Below are positions 1 to 9,432 of a stretch of 64,000 nt of DNA, piece after piece. A model generated the notes under the pieces. It was not told where the DNA came from and searched no databases. It was given only the letters and a program-made list of their open reading frames with translations. Each line of letters starts with the position of its first letter. Position 1 is the first letter of the stretch. The position numbers and the translations under genes were made by a program. Source of the stretch: an uncultured Chloroflexia bacterium (lineage in GTDB: Bacteria; Chloroflexota; Limnocylindria; Limnocylindrales; CSP1-4); contig CAVONF010000006.1 of NCBI GenBank assembly GCA_963697275.1, positions 20,802-84,801 on the forward strand, given 5' to 3'.

Positions 1-328
1 CAGCCGGCAGCCGCCGACATGGTCCGCGAGCGCGCTCGAGCGGCGGGGGTCGCCAACGTCATCACCGTCGCGTCCGGGCGCGACACGGGCCTCGCCCCCG
101 CGAGCGTCGATGTCGTCCTCCACTGACGACGCCATCGCGAGCATCGCGGACAAGGCCGGCGTGCTCACGGAGACTTCGAACGGGTCCCTGCAAGCCGTCC
201 GGCGTGCTCTCGGTATGGGTCGAGCACGGTCTGACCCGGACGCCACGCTGCCGCTCGTCACCGGGAACAGCCACTTCGTCCTCCGCGAGCGTGCCGGAGA
301 CATCCTGAACTTCACCCGGCCCATCTGA
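1..328 (+). CDS. 5'-truncated SAM-dependent methyltransferase-like C-terminus, frame broken
   Basis: Frame 1 from base 1 reads AAADMVRERARAAGVANVITVASGRDTGLAPASVDVVLH, then TGA at 124-126. The listed ORF 110..328 continues in the next frame. The similarity to class I methyltransferases is short and weak. Confidence 0.25.
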   Translation, partial: SRQPPTWSASALERRGSPTSSPSRPGATRASPPRASMSSSTDDAIASIADKAGVLTETSNGSLQAVRRALGMGRARSDPDATLPLVTGNSHFVLRERAGDILNFTRPI

Positions 329-539
329 CTCCTCGAACACGAAGATGGAACCTGGCGGGACCTCGGAATCCCCATGCATGCTGTCGGGAAGGTGACTTCC
401 GACTCTTGAACCAGGCGCTGCCCCTGTGGCGTCATGCCTCGTGAGCGGGAGGCGATGAGAACACGCGGCCTGCGCACTGGCCGCCTGGACCGCGTGGAGC
501 CACTGGCGGACCCGGCCCGCGCATCGATGGGGGGGTGCC

Positions 540-1329
540 ATGCGTGGGTTGCGCTTGTCTCTCGTTGGGACGGTCATCATCGGGCTGCTCGCGTGGGCGG
601 GCGGGTCGGCGGCACTGGCCCAGCACGAGCCGCAGGTCGCCGCGGTCCGGGATACGAATGGGTGACGTTCGTCAGTACCGAATGCACGGACCCCGACCAG
701 CAGCCTAATGGCGGCGAAGCCGATGGCTTCAGCTGGTTCCGGGACTGGAACTACCGCTGCGTGGACACGCTGAGCGACCCACGAGTCAGCGGCACCAGGA
801 CGGGCATCGACAACGATGACTGCTGGGGCGGCGCCATGGCGAAGCCCTGCGTGACCTGGGGCAGCGAGCAGGTCGGACGGTCCCGACGGCACCTGGAGCG
901 GCGCCTGGCGGGGCACCCTTCAGTATGGGGATGTCCATACGAGCCTGAAGATCATGACCGGGAGCGGTGCCTACGAGGGCCTCACGTTCATCTGGCACGG
1001 GACGGGCACGCTCGGCCAGCCCGATGGCTTCGGGTCTCATCTACGAGGGCGTCGTGCCTCCGGCTCCCGCATCGCCGATCGCGACCGTGTCCGAGGGTGA
1101 GGTGGCGCAGGAGTCGGTCGAGGCAGCCTCGATCGAGGAGGACTCGACCGAGGAGGCGACCGAGACGGAAGTGGAGCAGGCGCTCGCCTCGGTGGTGGCG
1201 AGCCAGTTCACCGGGACCTGGAGCGAGCGGCTCTCCGGGGCAGGCCTCGATCAGTTCGAGTGGAGCCCCGGACCCGGTTACTACGAGTCACGTGACAACG
1301 AAGCGCTCGCCATCTTCGAGAGCGAGTGA
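540..1329 (+). CDS. secreted hypothetical protein, reading spread over three frames
   Basis: ATG at 540 follows a G-rich RBS. The signal-like N-terminus is MRGLRLSLVGTVIIGLLAWAGGSAALAQ. A protein-like reading then continues in other frames: YEWVTFVSTECTDPDQQPNGGEADGFSWFRDWNYRCVD, then DGPDGTWSGAWRGTLQYGDVHTSLKIMTGSGAYEGLTFIWHG, then GLIYEGVVPP...FESE with the stop at 1329. Frame changes lie near 655, 885 and 1035. Confidence 0.4.
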
Positions 1330-1676
1330 CGCCGCGCATCAGCGGCACCTGGACGCAGGTCCTGCACGTGCGCAGCTTCCCCATCGACCCGGGCCGGACC
1401 GTGGGCCCTCGTCTGGACGGGGGTCGCGCGCATCGAGAACGAAGCTGGCGCCTGGTGCAGGGGGGCATCGATGGCTACGGCGGCGACAACGGCGGGCGCG
1501 AGTTCTACCGCCTCGACGGTGAAGGGGCCTACGAGGGCCTGACCGCGGTGCTCCGCTGGGTCGCGGAGGGCGACGCTTACGAGGGCGTCATCGTGCCCGG
1601 CGTCCCGCCCGAGTACCGCGATCATCGCGGCTGTCGGACGCGCCGCGAGACGGCGGATGAGGAGCCAACGGCATGA
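1326..1676 (+). CDS. hypothetical protein fragment sharing the G-x-G-A-Y-E-G-L motif with the preceding gene
   Basis: ORF 1326..1676 contains GGREFYRLDGEGAYEGLTAVLRWVAEGDAYEGVIVPG, which resembles MTGSGAYEGLTFIW in 540..1329. The flanks up to about 2470 read as protein-like text only by hopping frames. Boundaries are unreliable. Confidence 0.25.
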   Translation: MTPRISGTWTQVLHVRSFPIDPGRTVGPRLDGGRAHRERSWRLVQGGIDGYGGDNGGREFYRLDGEGAYEGLTAVLRWVAEGDAYEGVIVPGVPPEYRDHRGCRTRRETADEEPTA

Positions 1677-2649
1677 CGGAGGCGTCACGATCTCGGTGCC
1701 CAGCGACTGGGTGTCATGCTGGAGGCCATCCCCGACGATGCCGACCATGTGACGTATGGCCGCATCTCCGTCGAGCCCGGGTCCCGGCGGAGGACCCGGC
1801 AACGCCCCGCAGTCGGGGTCGAACCTCGAATATGTCTCCAGCGGGTCGCTCGTGGCGACCGCGGAGACGGACCGGGTCTTCTGGCGCGCCGATGGCCAGG
1901 AGGAGGAAGCTCCGTGCAGGCGACGCCCGATGACGCTGCGAGCGGGTGACACGGTCCTCTCATGGAACGGCGGTGCCGCCGAGGAGTGGGAGAACGCGGG
2001 GCCCGAGGAGTACGTCTCGTTCTTCCTCGGGGCTGGCAACAGCCATGACCCCGCGGTCGAGCCCAGCTCGTCCCCGGTGTGGAGTGGCGTCACCTCGACT
2101 ACATCTTCCCACCCCAGGAGACCGTCGATGCCTGGTTCAGCGCGCCCATCGAGGTCTCGTACCAACGGGCGACCGGGAGACAGGCGCGCAGCTCGTGCTC
2201 GGGCCTGATGAGGTGCCCATGCTCTCGTTCGACTGGCTCGAGAGCGGCAAGCAGGCGATCGGCCGTCGCGGCTCGATGCGGCGACCGGGCAGCGCCACCA
2301 GGATTCTTGGGGCGGAGGCCGCGAAGACAGCCCGCACCGGAGGGCATCGTCCACGTGCTGGAACGAGGGCGACGAGCCACCGTGGCTATCGCTGCGTTCC
2401 CTCGCATCCATCGCTCGGGGAAGCTGCGGCCGGCGCCAGCGGTGAGTTGACCGAGGATCGACCCGCTCGCGGCCTGAGCCGACCGTCCTGTTCCAGTGGC
2501 CCGCTATCATCCGCGGGTGACTGGCCCGCGACTCACCGGCCGCGAGTGCTCCGGTCCGCTGCAGGGGAGAGGGACATCAGCGACATCGGGATGGCCTGCC
2601 CGGATGGGCGGCCGCTGACAGGTTCCAGCATCGCCACGGTGACCCGCTG

Positions 2650-3948
2650 ATGCCGGCCAGCGTCATCGTCGGCCTGCAATGGGGCGACGAAGGCAAGGGC
2701 AAAGCCGTCGACCTGCTGTCCGAATCGGTCGACATGGTGGTCCGCTACCAGGGCGGCGACAACGCCGGCCACACCGTGGTGCTGGGTGACGAGGTCTTCA
2801 AGCTGCACCTCGTGCCCAGCGGTGTGCTCCACGAGCACATCACCCCGGTCATCGGCAGCGGCGTCGTGGTCAACCCGCGCACGCTCATCAGCGAGATGGC
2901 CATGCTCGCCGAGCGCGGCATCGACCCCGGGCGGCTTCGCGTCAGTCGCGCCGCCCACGTGATCATGCCCTACCACGTGGCCCTGGACGGGGCCGCGGAA
3001 GCCCGCCTCTCCGGATCGGAGATCGGCACGACCCGACGCGGCATCGGCCCCGCCTATGCCGATCGCGCCTGGCGGGCCGGCGTGCGCATGGGCGACCTGC
3101 TCGATGCCCGCGTGCTGCGCGCCCGCCTGTCGCGCGTGCTCCCGGAGCGCAACGCCATCCTCCACGAGTCCTACGGACAGCCCGGCTTCGACCTCGAGCA
3201 GCTCCTGGAGGAGGCCGTGGGCTGGGGTGAGCGCCTGCGTCCCTACATCACCGACACGACGATGCTCATCCAGGATGCCCTGGCGGTGGGCAAGCACGTC
3301 ATCCTCGAAGGTGCCCAGGGCACGCTGCTGGACCTCGACCACGGCACCTACCCGTACGTCACCAGCTCCAACCCGGTCGCCGGCGGCGCCTGCACCGGCG
3401 GCGGCGTGGGCCCACTCCAGATCGAGCAGGTGCTGGGCATCATCAAGGCCTACTCCACGCGCGTCGGCTCCGGGCCGTTCCCCACCGAGCTGGACGATGC
3501 CACCGGCCGCTACCTGCTGGAGAAGGGCCGCGAGTTCGGGACCACGACCGGCCGCCGGCGTCGTTGCGGCTGGTTCGACGCGGTGCCATTGCGCTACGCG
3601 GTCGCCATCAACAGTGCCAGCAGCCTGATGCTCAACAAGCTGGACATCCTCTCTGGTCTCGACGAGCTCAAGGTGGCGACGTCCTATCGCGTCGATGGTT
3701 CGACGGTGCGCTGGCCGCTCACGCTCGAGGAGCTCGAGCGCGCCGAGCCGGTCTACGAAGTGCTGCCCGGCTGGGCCGAGGACATCGCCGGGGCGCGCAC
3801 CATGGCCGATCTTCCCGCCGAAGCGGTGGCCTACGTCCAGGCCATCGAGGACCTGGCGGGCGTGTCCGTCGCCATCGTCAGCGTCGGCCCTGAGCGGACG
3901 CAGACGATCATGCGCGCCGAGATGATCACGGGGCGCCGGCGGGCGTGA
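2650..3948 (+). CDS. purA: adenylosuccinate synthetase
   Basis: Intact 432-aa ORF. The N-terminal P-loop VIVGLQWGDEGKGKAVDLL, plus GGDNAGHTV, TTRRGIGPAY and FGTTTGRRRRCGWFD, are PurA hallmarks. Confidence 0.97.
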   Translation: MPASVIVGLQWGDEGKGKAVDLLSESVDMVVRYQGGDNAGHTVVLGDEVFKLHLVPSGVLHEHITPVIGSGVVVNPRTLISEMAMLAERGIDPGRLRVSRAAHVIMPYHVALDGAAEARLSGSEIGTTRRGIGPAYADRAWRAGVRMGDLLDARVLRARLSRVLPERNAILHESYGQPGFDLEQLLEEAVGWGERLRPYITDTTMLIQDALAVGKHVILEGAQGTLLDLDHGTYPYVTSSNPVAGGACTGGGVGPLQIEQVLGIIKAYSTRVGSGPFPTELDDATGRYLLEKGREFGTTTGRRRRCGWFDAVPLRYAVAINSASSLMLNKLDILSGLDELKVATSYRVDGSTVRWPLTLEELERAEPVYEVLPGWAEDIAGARTMADLPAEAVAYVQAIEDLAGVSVAIVSVGPERTQTIMRAEMITGRRRA

Positions 3949-3981
3949 TGACCGGGGTCCTCGCGTGACCCGCGGCAGCCT

Positions 3982-5284
3982 ATGATCGGGCGCTACACGC
4001 TGCCCGAGATGGCGCAGCTGTGGTCCGACGAGAGCCACTTCGAGCACATGCTCGCGGTCGAGCTGGCGGTCCTGCGCGCCCTGGCGGATCATGGCGATGT
4101 CCCCTGGGCTGCCGTGGACGCCATCGCCTCCCGGGCGCGCGTGGACGTCGACCGCATCGCGGAGCTGGAGCGCACCACCGACCACGACGTCGTCGCCTTC
4201 GTGACCCAGGTCGCGGAAGCGGTGGGGGAGGAGGGCCGCTACCTCCACTTCGGCCTGACCAGCAGTGATGTCGTGGACACCGGCCTCGCGCTGCAGTGCC
4301 GCGCCGCTGCCGACCTCATCCTGGCCAGCCTGGACACGACCATCGACACGGTCGTGGCCCGTGCCCGCGAACACCGTGACACGCTGATGATGGGCCGCAC
4401 CCACGGCATCCACGCGGAGCCCATGACCTTCGGGCTCAAGCTCGCCTCGTGGGCCTTCGAGCTGGACCGCGACCGCACGCGGCTCCGGGCTGCCGCGGCC
4501 GACCTGGCCACGGGCAAGATCTCCGGCCCGGTGGGGACCTACTCGCTGCTGCCGCCGGAGGTGGAGGCGGCGGCGCTGGCCGCGCTGGGGCTGGCGATCG
4601 ACCGGGCCAGCACGCAGATCGTGCAGCGCGACCGCCATGCCGCGTTCCTGGCCGCCATCGCCGTGACCGGCGGTTCCATCGAGCGCTTCGCCGTGGAGAT
4701 CCGCAACCTCCAGCACACCGAGATCGGGGAGCTGGCAGGAGCCCTTCCGCCGGGGCCAGGCCGGGTCCTCGGCGATGCCGCACAAGCGCAACCCCATCCT
4801 GTCCGAGCGCCTCACGGGCCTGGCCCGGCTGCTGCGCGGCTATGCCCTCGCGGGCATGGAGGACCAGGCGCTGTGGCACGAGCGCGATATCAGCCACTCC
4901 TCGGTGGAGCGCATCGTCCTGCCCGGCGCCACGACGCTGCTGCACTACATGCTGGAGCGCTTCCGGGGCCTCGTGGCCGACCTCGTCGTCCATCCCGAGC
5001 GCATGGCCGAGAACCTCGCGTCGGGCCAGGGGCTGCATGCCTCCTCCCGGCTGCTCAGCACCCTCGTCGAGCACGGCATGTCGCGGCAGGCTGCGTATGC
5101 CGTGGTACAGCGCAACGCCCTGCGGGCCGGCGATGAACGGACCTCGTTCCGCGCCCTGGTCGAGGCCGATACCGACGTGGCGGCCACGCTCTCCGCCCAG
5201 GCGCTCGAGCACTGCTTCGACGACCGTGCCTGGCTCGGTCATGTCTCCGAGGTCATCGACCGACTGGGTTCGCTGGACCGATGA
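3982..5284 (+). CDS. purB: adenylosuccinate lyase, one frame break near 4735
   Basis: The N-terminal part is in ORF 3982..5136 (MIGRYTLPEMAQLWSDESHFEHML...). The C-terminal part is in ORF 4775..5284 (MPHKRNPILSERLTG...). Dropping one G at about 4735 restores EIGELQEPFRRGQAGSSAMPHKRNP, the lyase signature. Confidence 0.92.
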
Positions 5285-6847
5285 GCGAACGCCCGACGCG
5301 ACGCGCGCTCCTCTCGGTCTCCGACAAGCGTGGCCTGGTGGAACTGGCCAGGGGTCTCGCAGCACTGGGCTTCGAGCTTGTCTCGACCGGTGGCACCGCG
5401 CGCACCCTCCGCGAGGCCGGCCTGGCGGTGACCGAGGTGGCCGAGGTGACCGGCGCTCCCGAGATGCTCGACGGACGGGTCAAGACGCTGCACCCGCGCA
5501 TCGCGGCGGGCGTGCTGGCGGACAGGCACGACGCCTCGCACCGGCAGCAGCTGGCCGAACAGGGTATCGAGCCCTTCGACCTCGTGGTCGTCAACCTCTA
5601 CCGTTTCGAGGAGGCGGCCGCACGACCGGGCATCGGCGATGCCGAGCTCATCGAGGAGATCGACATCGGAGGCCCGACGCTGGTTCGAGCGGCGGCCAAG
5701 AACCATGCCTCGGTGGGCATCGTCTGCGATCCGGACGACTACACGGCGGTGCTGGCCGAGCTCGAGCAACAGGGCGCGCTGTCGGACGATGCGCGGAAGG
5801 CCCTGGCACTGAAGGCCTTCCGGCTCACGGCGCACTACGACGCCGCCATCGGCGCGGCCCTGGCAGCGCGCTGGGCGCCTGCCGATCGCTTCCCTGAGCG
5901 CCTCAGCCTGGGGCTGACCCGATCGCAGCCTCTGCGCTACGGCGAGAACCCGCACCAGGCCGCCGCGCTGTACACGCTGGCAGGCGCTGATCGAGACAGC
6001 GGTCTATTCGCCACCGGAGTCACGCTGCTGTCGGGCAAGCCGCTGTCCTTCAACAACCTGCTCGACGCCTCTGCGGCGGCCGCACTTGCCCGGGACCTCC
6101 ACGGCGCAGCCGTGGTCATCGTCAAGCACGGCAACCCCTGTGGCGCGGCCGAAGCCGGCGACCTGATGACGGCCTGGCAACGGGCCCTCGCCGGCGACCC
6201 GGTGAGCGCCTTCGGCGGCGTGGTGGCGGTGCGCGGCAGCGTCGACGCGGTCCTGGCGGGGGCCCTCACAAGCATCTTCCTGGAGGTCGTGGTGGCCGTG
6301 GGCTTCGACGCGGCTGCCACCGCCATCCTGGCTGCGAAGCCCGACCTGCGCCTGCTCGAGGACCGCACCCTCGAGCTCCCGACAGCGAGTGTCGCTCGAC
6401 GTCCGCAGCGCCGGCGGTGGCCTGCTGCTGGCCGAGACGGATGTGGGGCCGGATGATCCGGACGAGTGGTCGGTCGTGAGTGCCCGCCAGCCGGATGCTC
6501 GTGAATGGGCTGACCTGGACTTCGCCTGGCGCGTCGTGCGCCACGTCAAGTCGAACGCCATCGTGCTCGTCCGCGATGGCGCCGTGGTGGGCGTCGGCGC
6601 GGGCCAGATGAGTCGCGTCGAGTCCGCTCGGCTCGCGGTCGCCGGCGCAGGGGCGCGCGCTGCCGGCGCGGTCGCGGCTTCGGACGCCTTCTTCCCCTTC
6701 GCGGACGGCGTGCAAGTGTGCCTCTCCGCTGGCGTCTCAGCCGTCGTCCAGCCAGGCGGCTCGAAGCGCGACGCCGAGGTCACCGCTGCCGTCGATGCGG
6801 CCGATGCGGCGATGGTCTTCACCGGCCGACGCCACTTCCGTCACTAG
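5281..6847 (+). CDS. purH: bifunctional AICAR transformylase / IMP cyclohydrolase, one frame break near 6385
   Basis: ORF 5281..6456 contains ALLSVSDKRGLVELARGLAALGFELVSTGGTA and DGRVKTLHP. ORF 6389..6847 contains VKSNAIVLVRDGAVVGVGAGQMSRVES and FTGRRHFRH. The start overlaps the purB stop (ATGA). Confidence 0.93.
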
Positions 6848-7036
6848 GGAACCTGGGAGTCGGTCGGTACATCGAGAGGCGCACGGACCACGCTGGCCCG
6901 GGGGCTGTGGCCTGACCCCGGCCGTTTCCTGGTCCCCGCTCGATCTAGGCCGGTTCCTGGCGCCCCGACCGGGGTGCCGCGACGGGGCTGCCGCGACGGC
7001 CCGACTGGGCTACCCTGATGCCCCGACCCAGCCGGT

Positions 7037-7238
7037 TCCCGCCACCTATGCACCGGGGGACTGGTAGACCGGACGGTGGCACCCCGGCGCGGCCAACCTA
7101 CCGGCGGCCGGGCCTGCTCGCGCTCGGCCTGAGCGTGGCGAGGACCTCGCGGTGCCGTCCGGCGTGACCCGGAGGCGCGTCGGCCCGGACAGTTCCCGCC
7201 CAACAGTCCCCCCGGGACTGGCTGACAGGAACGACCAG
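7037..7238 (+). repeat. copy 1 of a ~200-nt structured repeat element (candidate ncRNA); partner at 39485-39688
   Basis: The two copies align by eye. The shared 5' 19-mer is TTCCCG(C/T)CACCTATGCACC. The shared core is GAGCGTG-G(C/G)GAG-GAC-CTC(G/C)C. The shared 3' end is CAGTCCC-loop-GGGACTG followed by GACAGGAACGACCAG. Two hairpins keep pairing through compensatory changes. Confidence 0.55.
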
Positions 7239-7436
7239 CAGTGGCCCGACGCCGCGACCAGCAGCGGCTCGACGCCGGGTGCCGCGAGCGATGCTGTCGG
7301 CTGCGCCGAGAACTCGATGCGGACCCGGGGTTCGGCGCTCCCCCGGCCATGCCTGCCGGCGAGGCACCCCCGGCCATGGCCGCCGGCAAGGCGCCGAGGC
7401 TTGACGCGGGGCCACGCCTGCCGCCATCGTTGGCGC

Positions 7437-8126
7437 GTGGACCTCGACGTCGCCATCGGCATCCTGCGCACGTCGTGTCTGTTCGAGCGCGCCGACGAGT
7501 CCTCGCTCGCCGACATCGCCCGCCAGCTGCGCCATCGCCGCTTCCGGCGCGGCGAGACGATCTTCCACCAGGGCGATCCGGGCGACGCGCTGCACCTGGT
7601 GAGCTCGGGTGCCGTGAAGATCGTGCTGCCCAGCACCGAGGGCGAGGAAGCCATCATCGCGACCCTGCGCAGCAGCGACTTCTTCGGAGAGCTGGCCCTG
7701 CTCGACGGCGCGCCGCGCTCGGCGACGGCCGTGGCGCTGGAAGCGACCGAGACGTGGACGCTCTCGCGCGAGCTCTTCCACGATCTCCTCGACCGCGACC
7801 CCAGGCTGCGCGATTCGCTGCTGGCGGGCCTGGCGCGCGAGCTGCGCCGTCTCACCGGACAGGTGGAGGAGCTGCACTTCCTGGACCTGGCTGGCCGCCT
7901 GGCGATGCGCCTCGCCCGGCTGGCCCGTGAGGCTGACCCGGCCGCCGTCGAGGTGCGCCTCGACTGGCCGTACACGCAATCGGACCTGGCCTCCATGATC
8001 GGCGGCACCCGTCAGTCGGTCAACAGACTGCTCTCCGGTCTCGTCGAGCGCGGCCTCGTGGTCATCGAGCCCGAGACCCTGACCATCCCGGACGTGGACG
8101 CGCTGCTGCGCGAGGCTGACCGATGA
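7437..8126 (+). CDS. Crp/Fnr-family cyclic-nucleotide-binding transcriptional regulator
   Basis: The cNMP-binding domain reads LFERADESSLADIARQLRHRRFRRGETIFHQGDPGDALHLVSSGAVKIV...FFGELALLDGAPRSATAVA. The C-terminal HTH reads YTQSDLASMIGGTRQSVNRLLSGL. The GTG at 7437 is in frame with ORF 7152..8126 and gives the usual length of about 229 aa. Confidence 0.85.
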   Translation: MDLDVAIGILRTSCLFERADESSLADIARQLRHRRFRRGETIFHQGDPGDALHLVSSGAVKIVLPSTEGEEAIIATLRSSDFFGELALLDGAPRSATAVALEATETWTLSRELFHDLLDRDPRLRDSLLAGLARELRRLTGQVEELHFLDLAGRLAMRLARLAREADPAAVEVRLDWPYTQSDLASMIGGTRQSVNRLLSGLVERGLVVIEPETLTIPDVDALLREADR

Positions 8127-8908
8127 GCGAGCTGACATCCTCCACGGGTTCGCTCGAGCGCGCGCGCGCGATCCTCCTCCGCGTGGCTCGCGAGACGGCC
8201 ACGGCGCGGCGCCTGCAGGGCGACGTCGAGACGGAGCTGCTGCAGTCGGTCGTCGATGCCGCGGCCGCCCTCTTCGAGGCTGAGGCAGCTTCCATCGCGC
8301 TGTTCGAGCGCGACCCCGACCGGCTCGTCTTCCGCGTCGCCGCGGGGGCCAGGGGCGACGGCGTCATCGGCCTCGCGGTGCCTCCGGGCCAGGGCATCGT
8401 CGGCCATGTCTTCAGCAGCGGAGAGGCCGTCGCGCTCTCCGACGTGGCGTCCGATCCCCGTTTCGACCGGGACACGGCACGACGGACCGGCTATCAGCCG
8501 CGCAGCATCGCTGCCGTGCCGCTCATCGATGCCGGTGTCTCGGTCGGGGTGCTGCAGATCCTCGACAAGCGCTCCGCGGACGCCTTCTCGCTGCGGGACA
8601 TGGAGCTGCTGTGCGTCTTCGCGCGGCAGGCGGCCGCAGCCATCCAGGCCGCGCGCGTCGGACGCGATCCGGAACGCCTGCTGCGCGACGCCATCGCCGC
8701 TGTCGCTGCCGGAACGCTCGAAGACGCGGCGTTGGACGCGCTCGTCGGCGAGGTCGCGAGTGAACTGGATCGGGATGCCGCTGCGCCGTTCTGGAAGCTG
8801 GTCGATGCGGTGGCGGGCCTGCAGGGATCGTCCCGGGCAGACCCCGGGCTCGTCGGCGAGATCCTCGCAGTGGCCGCGCTCCACCACCGCAGGTCCGGCG
8901 CCGTTTGA
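8123..8908 (+). CDS. GAF domain-containing protein
   Basis: GAF-like sequence: ASIALFERDPDRLVFRVAAGARGDGVIGLAVPPGQGIVGHVFSSGEAVALSDVASDPRFDRD...SIAAVPLIDAGVSVGVLQILDK. ATGA overlap with the Crp stop suggests translational coupling. Confidence 0.8.
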   Translation: MSELTSSTGSLERARAILLRVARETATARRLQGDVETELLQSVVDAAAALFEAEAASIALFERDPDRLVFRVAAGARGDGVIGLAVPPGQGIVGHVFSSGEAVALSDVASDPRFDRDTARRTGYQPRSIAAVPLIDAGVSVGVLQILDKRSADAFSLRDMELLCVFARQAAAAIQAARVGRDPERLLRDAIAAVAAGTLEDAALDALVGEVASELDRDAAAPFWKLVDAVAGLQGSSRADPGLVGEILAVAALHHRRSGAV

Positions 8909-8949
8909 CAGCCCGCCTGTCGGCCACCTGACAGGCATCGCCGCTCACG

Positions 8950-9246
8950 GTGCGTAGGCTGATGCTACGCAGCGCGAGGTCAACGATGAACGGGATGCTC
9001 CAGCACAGCGGATACCTCGAAGTGGCGGCACAGCACCGCCAGGAGGCCGAGGCGCGCGCTCATGAAGCGCGGCTCGAAGCCATGGCCAGGGCAGCCCGAC
9101 AGGACGACGTCCGCCAGGCCGACATCCGCCAGGCCGACATCAGGAGGACAGCAGGGCGCCACGTCCGCCGCCGCCCGGCCCTGTTCCGCAAGAAGGCACG
9201 GCCGACGGTCATCGCCCATCACACGGCGGGTAGCCGGGGCGGGTAG
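8950..9246 (+). CDS. small hypothetical protein (start uncertain; ATG at 8986 is an alternative)
   Basis: 98-aa ORF with an Ala/Arg/Glu-rich helical-looking N-terminus and an internal 15-nt tandem duplication that encodes DVRQADIRQADIRR. No recognisable family. Confidence 0.3.
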   Translation: MRRLMLRSARSTMNGMLQHSGYLEVAAQHRQEAEARAHEARLEAMARAARQDDVRQADIRQADIRRTAGRHVRRRPALFRKKARPTVIAHHTAGSRGG

Positions 9247-9432
9247 CCGGGCCGGCGCCAGCCACACGACGCTCACCTACCCACCGCTCCCTGAACCGAG
9301 CGGTTCTCCGGCGGCGGGGTCCTGGACGCAGGCAGGCCCCGTCGCCTCTCTGTGTCCAGCCGCCCTCGCACAGGCAGGGGGCGCGGTCCCGCCATCCGTC
9401 AGCGCCGTCGCACGTGTAGCATCGGGTCGCCC

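Noticed and set aside
2533-4815. Very long minus-strand ORFs opposite purA/purB (760 aa).

The same pattern occurs at:
- 9277..10926 (opposite metG)
- 16507..18627 (opposite groEL)
- 21764..24454 (opposite pcrA)
- 41030..42157 (plus strand, opposite the minus-strand CoA-binding and permease genes)
- 53760..57299 (opposite the adhesin)
   Set aside because: They lie antisense to genes with unmistakable conserved motifs. Their composition is Arg/Gly/Asp/His/Pro-rich with no recognisable domains, which is typical of stop-poor shadow frames in high-GC DNA.
7037-7238. Known riboswitch classes as an explanation for the two-copy element. ZTP was considered because of the adjacent purH, along with glycine, TPP and cobalamin.
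   Set aside because: The diagnostic conserved boxes I can recall for these classes are not present. The second copy sits between convergent gene ends, so it cannot be a 5' leader. This judgement is by eye only and needs an Rfam scan.
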